The notes under the pieces: generated by a model
Seen by the model: the letters and a program-made list of their open reading frames with translations, nothing else
Database searches by the model: none
What the model was told of the DNA's origin: nothing
Position numbers and translations under genes: made by a program
In this document: piece after piece, positions 6,273 through 12,874 of the stretch
Position numbering within the stretch: position 1 is the stretch's first letter
Layout of the letters: each line of letters starts with the position of its first letter
Source of the DNA: Halalkalibacterium halodurans
GTDB taxonomy: Bacteria; Bacillota; Bacilli; Bacillales; Bacillaceae_D
DNA: 17,804 bases
Direction of reading: 5' to 3'
Assembly (NCBI RefSeq): GCF_004376175.1
Contig: NZ_SNUY01000019.1
Coordinates: forward strand, 1-17,804

Positions 6273-7973
6273 ATGAAAGAAGGCAATTATACATATACCA
6301 CTGAAAAGCCTGGTAGTGTGTTTAGCATTTCAGCCGTGCTAATCGGGTTGTTTGTATTATGGGGGGCTGTTTCCCCTTCATCGCTAGAATGGGCGGCAGG
6401 CATAGGATTAGGCTGGATGATCGAGAACTTCGGTTGGTTCTACATGTTGACGACAGCTTTCTTCGTTATTTTTTCAATTGTCATTGCGATTAGTCCCTAT
6501 GGCCGGTTGCGTCTCGGCAAACAAAATGACCGTCCCGAATATTCGTGGTATTCGTGGATCGGTATGTTGTTTGCTGCAGGCATAGGTGTTGGCTTCGTCT
6601 TTTGGGGAGTAGCTGAGCCGGTTCTCTATTATTTAGATACCCCTGTCGGCTATATACCCGGAACAAGAGAAGCCGCGATCGCAGGTCTCCGTTATGGGGT
6701 CTATCATTGGGCATTGCATCCGTGGGCGATTTTTTCCATTGTCGGCTTGACGCTAGCCTATGTCCAGTTCCGCAAAGGGCGTCCGGCGTTAATAAGCTCG
6801 GCATTCTATCCCCTCTTTGGTGAAAAGGTAAATGGCTTTGCTGGTCGCTCGATTGATATTCTCGCCGTCATCGCTACATGTACAGGAGTCGCGACGACAT
6901 TCGGCTTAAGTGCGATGCAAATTACTGGAGGCTTGTCGTATATTTCTTCCATCCCTAACTCGGTATGGACCCAGTTGACGATTATCGCCATTGTCACCTG
7001 TTTGTTTATGATCTCAGCAGGTAAGGGAGTTAACAAAGGAATTAAAACATTAAGTAATATTAATTTAGCGGTTGCTGCAATCTTACTCGTATTTGTTATC
7101 GCCGTTGGTCCAACGTTGTTTATCGCTGAAAATATTGTTACGACCCTCGGTGGCTACATTTCAAATGTAATCCCGATGAGCTTGACCATGACCCCTTTTT
7201 ATGAAAGTGAGTGGCTTGGCACGAACACGATCTTTTTTTGGGCATGGCACATTGCATGGGCTCCATTTATGGGGTTATTTATTGCAAGAATCTCGCGAGG
7301 TCGGACGATTCGCGAATTCATGGCAGGCGTCTTAATTGTCCCGTCGCTGCTTGCTCTTATTTGGTTTACAACGTTTGGCGGTACGGCGCTTAACCTAGAA
7401 ATGTATGGACCTGGTGGGATTGCCGAGCTCGTCACAAGTCAAGTGGAGCTAGCGCTCTTTGCCACGTTAGGAGAGCTTCCCTTAAGCGCAGTAACAAACG
7501 TCATTGCTGTCCTGCTTATTTTAATCTTTTTCATCACATCAGCAGACTCGGCATCGTATGTACTAGGCGCCATGACATCTAAGGGAAGTTTGGAGCCGAA
7601 GCTCTCGGTTAAAATGGTTTGGGGTTTTCTCATTGCGGGAACGGCCAGCGTTCTCCTCCTAAGCGGTGGTGGTGGGTTGCAAGCGCTGCAAACAGCCTCT
7701 ATTATCGCGGCACTGCCATTTGCCGTCATTATGATTATGATGATCATCTCGTTATTGTTCATGTTTGCAAAAGACGACCGAGCTGAACGGAAGCAGAAGC
7801 AAACAAATCAGCTATCAACCTTGAAGGAAGAAATTCGCGATGAGATGTACGATGACATGAAGCAAGAAGTGTACGAGGAAGTAAAGGAACAAGTGTATGA
7901 AGACGTATACGAAGAAGTGAAAGAAGAGGTAAAAGACGAGATTTTAGATAAGCTTGATCAAGAGAGCAAGTAA
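6273..7973 (+). CDS. BCCT-family (betaine/carnitine/choline) osmolyte transporter
   Basis: Characteristic BCCT N-terminal region (..FGWFYMLTTAFFVIFSIVIAISPYGRLRLGK...PEYSWYSWIGMLFAAGIGVGFVFWGVAEP..) and 12-TM-type hydrophobicity. I prefer ATG at 6273. The track's TTG at 6222 has no usable SD. Confidence 0.9.
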   Translation: MKEGNYTYTTEKPGSVFSISAVLIGLFVLWGAVSPSSLEWAAGIGLGWMIENFGWFYMLTTAFFVIFSIVIAISPYGRLRLGKQNDRPEYSWYSWIGMLFAAGIGVGFVFWGVAEPVLYYLDTPVGYIPGTREAAIAGLRYGVYHWALHPWAIFSIVGLTLAYVQFRKGRPALISSAFYPLFGEKVNGFAGRSIDILAVIATCTGVATTFGLSAMQITGGLSYISSIPNSVWTQLTIIAIVTCLFMISAGKGVNKGIKTLSNINLAVAAILLVFVIAVGPTLFIAENIVTTLGGYISNVIPMSLTMTPFYESEWLGTNTIFFWAWHIAWAPFMGLFIARISRGRTIREFMAGVLIVPSLLALIWFTTFGGTALNLEMYGPGGIAELVTSQVELALFATLGELPLSAVTNVIAVLLILIFFITSADSASYVLGAMTSKGSLEPKLSVKMVWGFLIAGTASVLLLSGGGGLQALQTASIIAALPFAVIMIMMIISLLFMFAKDDRAERKQKQTNQLSTLKEEIRDEMYDDMKQEVYEEVKEQVYEDVYEEVKEEVKDEILDKLDQESK

Positions 7974-7998
7974 AAGGAGGCTTTGCGCCTCCTTTTTC
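7974..7998. terminator. Rho-independent terminator, potentially bidirectional
   Basis: AAGGAGGC (7974-7981) pairs with GCCTCCTT (7987-7994) and is followed by a T-run. The complementary strand also ends in TTTT, and the site lies between convergent genes. Confidence 0.8.
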
Positions 7999-8073
7999 AC
8001 TTGAAAGAAAGCTTACTTCATTCGGAAAACGACAGCTTTCACCTCCGGCAAGTGTCTTAATCATGATTCATTT

Positions 8074-8872
8074 TTAGTTGTGTTGCTTAACCCTTTGAAG
8101 AATCAAAATGCGAAGAGAAAGAAAGAAGAAAAGTACCGTAAAACAAGAAATGACAGCAAGGCCGACCTCTTGCCATTGCAGAAGGTTTGCAATCACGCTA
8201 AAGATAATGACGATATAAAGACTGCCAAGTAAAGTCCGCATCGCTTTTTCTGAATAGAAGGCGGTCATTTTTGCTCCAACAGGCGAGCCGATCAATGTGC
8301 CAATAATTAATAAAAGCCCAAGCCCAAAGTTTACAGGTGTTTGAACACTATATGAAATAAAGCCGGCAAACACAATAAATATAACGGAGGCAAGGCTAGT
8401 TCCAACCGCTTACGCCAAGCATGGCAGAAATAAACCCAGCCCCAAGACCAATAAAAACAGCGATCAGTTTGTTTGGCGAATTTTGGATAAGTGGTTTTCT
8501 TTTCGTTTGAGGTATGAACATGGAGCTAGCAAAAAATCCGAGTAAAAAAATATAACAAAGGGAAATGGTTATTTCAGCGAGCTGACGTTCTTCAAGGAAA
8601 AGCATGAGAGGAACAGCTAGCTGTGTACCGACAATCCCTGCAATATTTATGATTAATACATAACTCCAATGGATGTTTTTCATGCGAAAATGAGCCCATG
8701 CCCCTCCCAAGGAGGTTCCAAGAGAAAGCATTAAGCTTGTCCCGATCACAACGGCAGGTGGAAATCCGAACAATAATAGGAGGGGCGTCAGAATAATGCC
8801 GCCACCAATCCCAAAAAAGCCTGAAAAAATGCCGATGATCGACCCGAGAAAAATAAAAAATAACCAATCCAT
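8074..8872 (-). pseudogene. TauE/SafE (DUF81) family anion exporter, disrupted by a 1-nt frameshift
   Basis: Two adjacent track ORFs (8396-8872 and 8074-8373) are the N and C halves of one membrane protein. The first GIGGG motif is in the N half. The second repeat reads LGVSGW-stop, but becomes LGVSGGTSLASVIFIVFAGFISY.. if one T of GGTTGG (8408-8403) is removed. The total span of 799 nt is not a multiple of 3. A strong SD, AAGGAGG, precedes the ATG at 8872. Confidence 0.8.
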
Positions 8873-9055
8873 AATTGACCTCCTTCGCTATTTAGTATAT
8901 CGCAATCGAAGGCGGCTTCCACTCTATGCTTACAAGTTTACAAAAAATTTACTGGGGATATTTGAAATTTCATGGAAAGAACTTAAAGAAAAATCGCATT
9001 ATTATGAGATTCTTTCAAATAAACATGTGAAAAAGTGTAAAAATGAACAATTTCG

Positions 9056-9084
9056 TTATCAACAAGGAAACAATCTAGTATGAT
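9056..9084 (+). promoter_or_regulatory. Candidate sigma-A promoter for the mini-lipoprotein gene
   Basis: TTATCA (9056-9061), a 17-nt spacer, then TATGAT (9079-9084). It lies about 50 nt upstream of the ATG at 9137. Motif match only. Confidence 0.3.
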
Positions 9085-9136
9085 GATTTTGGTTATATAC
9101 CCACTTAATCACAATTGACTTAAGGAGGACATTCAA

Positions 9137-9298
9137 ATGAGCAAAAAAGTTCTTTTCAGCATCCTTTCAGGTGTACTAGCACTTAACGTACTAGCAGCTT
9201 GCGGAGGAGATACTGAAGACCCTGCAAACGAAGAAGAACCAGCATTAGAAGAAGATGCAGATGCTGCCGATGAAGCAGAAGAAGAGGAAGAAGCTTAA
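9137..9298 (+). CDS. 53-aa hyper-acidic mini-lipoprotein (hypothetical)
   Basis: ATG at 9137 lies 6 nt after AAGGAGGA. Translation is MSKKVLFSILSGVLALNVLAACGGDTEDPANEEEPALEEDADAADEAEEEEEA, with a Lys-rich n-region, a hydrophobic core and the lipobox LAAC. The mature 32-aa part has 17 Asp/Glu and no basic residue. The gene has its own terminator. Below the ORF-track cut-off. Confidence 0.65.
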   Translation: MSKKVLFSILSGVLALNVLAACGGDTEDPANEEEPALEEDADAADEAEEEEEA

Positions 9299-9342
9299 GT
9301 TTGACATAGGCTGGGATAATACTAGCCAAACGTAATAAAAAA

Positions 9343-9382
9343 GGTTCGGATCATTTTATTTTGATGGTCTGAACCTTTTTTC
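9343..9382 (+). terminator. Rho-independent terminator
   Basis: A 12-bp stem pairs GGTTCGGATCAT (9343-9354) with ATGGTCTGAACC (9364-9375), including two G-U pairs. It is followed by TTTTTT (9376-9381) and preceded by an A-run. Confidence 0.75.
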
Positions 9383-9705
9383 TGTTGATTCATGAAATCG
9401 TCCGTTGATTAATTTGCGTTTATGACCGTGTGTGGACAGAATCATTTTCCTTATTATATTCCCAATGAATGGTTTCAAATCTTTGCCCGCGGCAAGGGAG
9501 TGTTTTGAAACAATCAACCCTTATTAATAGATTTTGTTTTTAAAAAAGATTCTCGTGAAAAGCTTTCCAATCAAACATGAATCAAAGCCTGCTAGTTTTG
9601 CTTTTTGGTATGGTTTTTTACTATCTTAATAATAAATTTCGCGATCGTGAAAGAAAATCTATCAGACGAATTTGCGATCATTGTTGTAATAAGTAGAATT
9701 TTCTG

Positions 9706-9725
9706 TTATTAATGAGCATTTTGCA
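9706..9725 (+). repeat. Left terminal inverted repeat of the IS
   Basis: TTATTAATGAGCATTTTGCA. Its exact reverse complement occurs at 11175-11194. Confidence 0.85.
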
Positions 9726-9840
9726 TATTTTTTGACCCAAGAGCCATAAGGATTTCAAAGACATAAAAAAGGACTTCACCCCTAAAATGTAGAATTTTTG
9801 AAGTGACGAAACCACAAAAATTCAAAAGGAGGAAGTCACT

Positions 9841-11043
9841 TTGTATATTCTACAAGAAAGCCTATTTTCCTTTGAAGAACTGCAAAAATTAGAGTCAAAA
9901 GAGAAATTACCTATCTTTTTTAGCTCGCTTGATTTACGCCCTTATGCTAAACAGTTGAGAAGTTCTTCACCCCGAGGGGCTGACGGTCATTCCAGAGAAG
10001 GGATTCTAAGGGCTCTCATCGCTGCCCCACTCGAAGGCATCGACACCTTTACCGCCCTTCATCATCGATTGGATAAAGACCTTCGTTTCCGTTATCAATG
10101 CGGTTTATCGATTGATCGCCCCGCACCGTCTATCTCCACTCTCAGCCGGGTTTTTGCGGCACTTACCAAAAAAAAGCTGGCTGAAAAGATCTTCCTTGAC
10201 TTGGTACAGTTAGCTCAGGAGGAAGGAATAATTGACGGCAGCCACCAGGCCATCGACAGTGCCGCCATTGATGCCTATGAAAAGAAACAGCCCAAAAAGC
10301 GTAGTGAACAAACGGGTAATGCCAATTGGGGCGCAAAATATGATTCCTTCGGCAATAAAATTACCTGGTTTGGCTATAAGATGCATCTTTCAGTCGATAC
10401 CGCAAGCGAACTGCCAATGGCCATAAAAGTAACCCCTGCCCATGTGAACGATGGAGAAGTCGCACCAGAATTAATAGAGCAAGTGGCAGAGCGTACCAAA
10501 TCCAAAATTGAATTTCTGATCATGGATGGCGGATATGACCAACTAAAAAACTATGAATCAGCCAAAAACATTGGAGCGCAAGCCATTATCCCGCTCAATT
10601 TGCGCAACGAAAAAGAGCCTCCTGAAGGGATTTCTTCCAATGGAACTCCGCGTTGTTCCATGGGTTATGAAATGACTTATTGGGGAGCTGATAAGGACCA
10701 GCTCAAGTTCAGATGTCCTCACGCAACCGGCAAAGTGGATTGCCCATTAGGAATGGCAGCCTGTTCATCTTCCAACTATGGAATGGTGGTAAAAGTCGAC
10801 ATCAAAAAGGATGTGCGCCGATATTCCAATCCGCACCGTGATACAAAACGTTGGAAAGAGCTTTACAACGAGAGGACAAGTGTAGAACGCTGTAATTCAA
10901 GAATGAAAAGCTACCTTACGGCGAACTCCCTACATGTATGGGGAATTGAAAAAGTAAAGACCCATATTTACCTGAACGCTATTGTATTACTTGTTTCAGC
11001 GCTAGCGATGGCAAAGGAAAATAAAGGGAAGAAAGCCGCTTAA
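9841..11043 (+). CDS. DDE transposase (IS4/IS5-type, InsH-N/DUF772-like N-terminal region)
   Basis: TTG start lies 5 nt after AAAGGAGGAAG. Candidate catalytic residues sit in AIDSAAIDA, LIMDGGYD and TSVERCNSRMK. There is an exact Y-x2-R-x3-E-x6-K signature (YNERTSVERCNSRMK). The N-terminal ..GILRALIAAPLEGI....L..DLRFRYQCGL resembles the InsH N-terminal domain. Confidence 0.9.
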   Translation: MYILQESLFSFEELQKLESKEKLPIFFSSLDLRPYAKQLRSSSPRGADGHSREGILRALIAAPLEGIDTFTALHHRLDKDLRFRYQCGLSIDRPAPSISTLSRVFAALTKKKLAEKIFLDLVQLAQEEGIIDGSHQAIDSAAIDAYEKKQPKKRSEQTGNANWGAKYDSFGNKITWFGYKMHLSVDTASELPMAIKVTPAHVNDGEVAPELIEQVAERTKSKIEFLIMDGGYDQLKNYESAKNIGAQAIIPLNLRNEKEPPEGISSNGTPRCSMGYEMTYWGADKDQLKFRCPHATGKVDCPLGMAACSSSNYGMVVKVDIKKDVRRYSNPHRDTKRWKELYNERTSVERCNSRMKSYLTANSLHVWGIEKVKTHIYLNAIVLLVSALAMAKENKGKKAA

Positions 11044-11174
11044 AAAAATTCAATGTGAAAAATTCTGTAGGTATGCCCGAAAACAAGATTATTGTAATAT
11101 TTTGTAAAATAACATGCTGGTAGCTATTTGTCGAGTGCTTTATTTTTTATACTTTTATCCCAAAAATCTAATTT

Positions 11175-11194
11175 TGCAAAATGCTCATTAATAA
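11175..11194 (-). repeat. Right terminal inverted repeat of the IS
   Basis: TGCAAAATGCTCATTAATAA, the reverse complement of 9706-9725 (20/20 matches). Confidence 0.85.
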
Positions 11195-11241
11195 AAACAA
11201 GTGAAAGACGATTTTTCTACTTTTCAAAGAGAAAGAGCTTG

Positions 11242-11281
11242 TGTTAATATACATTCATGCGAATAATTATTATGATATAGA
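11242..11281 (+). promoter_or_regulatory. Candidate promoter/operator region of the ABC operon, with ARG-box-like sequences
   Basis: TATACA (11248-11253), a 17-nt spacer, then TATGAT (11271-11276); alternatively TGaTATAGA (11273-11281). TGTTAATATACATTCATG (11242-11259) matches 13 of the 16 specified positions of the ARG-box consensus TNTGAATWWWWATTCANW. The region is AT-rich, so the evidence is weak. Confidence 0.25.
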
Positions 11282-11305
11282 AATACTTGAGGGGGAAACA
11301 ATACG

Positions 11306-12136
11306 ATGAAAAAGATAAAAAATTGGATGCAGCTCGGTGTAACTTCTATTCTTGCTGTCGGCTTGTTAGCAGCTTGCGGCACAGCTGAAGACACACCAGA
11401 AGAAGCGACAACAGGAGCGGACGATGTGGAAGCGGAGGCAGGCGATGAGGAAAAAACGGTTCTCGTCATGGGAACATCTGCCGATTACCCACCATATGAA
11501 TCCGTCGATGTAACGACAGGGGAAATTGTCGGCTTTGATGTTGACATTGCCGAATACATTACGTCTGAGCTTGGCTACGAATTAAAAATTCAAGATATGG
11601 ATTTTAACGGAATCATTCCAGCGCTTCAAGCTGGTCGCGTCGATTTCGCCCTTTCGGGGATGACACCGACAGAAGAACGGAAGAAGAGCGTTGATTTTTC
11701 CGATGTCTATTATGATGCACAAAATTTAGTCGTCTTTAAAGAAGAGGACGGGTTGTCTTCAGTTGAGGATCTTGCTGGCAAAACGGTTGGGGTACAATTA
11801 GCTTCAATCCAAGAGGAAGCGGCAGTCGAACTACAAGAGGAACTGGATGGTTTAACGATCGAGACCCGGAACCGTGTACCAGAGCTTGTTCAAGAGCTAC
11901 TTGCCGGTCGTTTCGATGCGCTAATTATTGAAGATACAGTGGCAGCGGGTCACCTTGAAGCCAATCCTGGACTCGTAAGCTTTGCGATCGAGAGTGAAGG
12001 AGAAACAGGTTCTGCAATTGCTTTTCCGAAAGATAGCGAGCTAACGGAACCGTTCAATGAGAAACTTCAAGAAATGATGGAAGATGGTACGATGGAAGAG
12101 CTGATTTTAAAATGGTTTGGCGGAGAGGAACAATAA
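11306..12136 (+). CDS. Polar amino-acid ABC transporter substrate-binding lipoprotein (SBP family 3)
   Basis: Lipobox LLAACG followed by an acidic tether (TAEDTPEEATTGADDVEAEAGDEE). Family-3 SBP motifs are present: GFDVDIA, FNGIIPALQAGRVDFALSGMT and ERKKSVDFSDVYY. Confidence 0.9.
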   Translation: MKKIKNWMQLGVTSILAVGLLAACGTAEDTPEEATTGADDVEAEAGDEEKTVLVMGTSADYPPYESVDVTTGEIVGFDVDIAEYITSELGYELKIQDMDFNGIIPALQAGRVDFALSGMTPTEERKKSVDFSDVYYDAQNLVVFKEEDGLSSVEDLAGKTVGVQLASIQEEAAVELQEELDGLTIETRNRVPELVQELLAGRFDALIIEDTVAAGHLEANPGLVSFAIESEGETGSAIAFPKDSELTEPFNEKLQEMMEDGTMEELILKWFGGEEQ

Positions 12137-12217
12137 GCGTTAAAAGGCGAATGATCACGTCGGTCTCTCTACAGCTGTGGGGAGGCTGTTCCATTGTTAT
12201 AGGAAGGAAGACAGCTT

Positions 12218-12874
12218 ATGAGTTTTGATTTTTCTCGAATCCAGCCCTTTATGCCTTTCATGCTAGAAGGGGTTTGGGTGACGTTACAATTCGTATCGGT
12301 TTCCCTCTTATTCGGGCTTGTTTTAGGGATCGTATTGGCGATATTTAAAATTAGTAAGTATCGGCTATTTCGCTGGTTTGCTGATTTTTATACTTCGATT
12401 TTTCGCGGCACACCGCTCATTTTGCAATTGTTGATGATTTATTTGGCTCTGCCGCAATTCGGTGTTGATATTTCTCAATTTCAGGCTGCGTTTTTGGCAT
12501 TCGGGTTAAACTCTGCTGCCTACGTATCGGAAATTATTCGTGCCGGAATTCAAGCCGTCGATAAAGGGCAACGGGAAGCAGCTGAGGCGCTTGGGATTCC
12601 TTACCGTCCGATGATGCTACGAATTATTTTGCCGCAAGCAATGCGTAACATTTTACCGGCCTTATTTAATGAATTTATTAATTTAACGAAAGAGTCGGCG
12701 ATTGTATCCGTCATCGGGGTCACTGACTTAATGCGACGCGCGCAAATTACGAGTGCGGAAACCTATCTTTACTTTGAACCGCTCTTGTTCGTCGGTCTCA
12801 TTTATTACGTCCTTGTCATGGGACTAACTGTCATTGGACGTCTGCTAGAAAGGAGATTAAAACGAAGTGATTAA
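12218..12874 (+). CDS. Amino-acid ABC transporter permease (His/Glu/Gln/Arg/opine family)
   Basis: Conserved [10 protein letters not shown] motif and EAA loop ([25 protein letters not shown]). Five hydrophobic segments. Confidence 0.9.
   Translation: MSFDFSRIQPFMPFMLEGVWVTLQFVSVSLLFGLVLGIVLAIFKISKYRLFRWFADFYTSIFRGTPLILQLLMIYLALPQFGVDISQFQAAFLAFGLNSAAYVSEIIRAGIQAVDKGQREAAEALGIPYRPMMLRIILPQAMRNILPALFNEFINLTKESAIVSVIGVTDLMRRAQITSAETYLYFEPLLFVGLIYYVLVMGLTVIGRLLERRLKRSD

Larger units (their letters stand above)
9706..11194 (+). mobile_element. Complete insertion sequence (1489 bp) of the IS4/IS5 DDE superfamily
   Basis: Perfect 20-bp terminal inverted repeats bracket a single transposase ORF. 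No clear target-site duplication is visible. Confidence 0.75.

Noticed and set aside
6490-8064. Chain of minus-strand ORFs antisense to the BCCT gene: 6490-6804, 6806-7036, 7199-7435, 7439-7762, 7759-8064
   Set aside because: These are typical antisense open frames of a membrane-protein gene, with no RBS and odd composition.
8592-9083. ORFs 8592-8867 (-) and 8796-9083 (+)
   Set aside because: The first is an alternative frame of the TauE gene. The second starts inside TauE on the opposite strand, crosses its promoter region and has no SD.
9521-9640. MITE-like unit bounded by TTATTAATAGAT and its approximate inverse ACTATCTTAATAA
   Set aside because: The ends match at only 10/13 positions in very AT-rich DNA. 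This is insufficient without other genomic copies.
9383-9705. T-box, S-box or lysine riboswitch that the IS might have separated from the ABC operon
   Set aside because: No T-box core (GGGTGGTACCGCG-like) or other riboswitch signature is visible. Only the hairpin at 9472-9511 was kept, as a low-interest finding.
11224-11469. ORF 11224-11469 (-)
   Set aside because: It is antisense to the SBP signal-peptide and acidic-tether region and to the promoter, has no SD, and its Ser/Ala-rich product is a mirror of the acidic tether.
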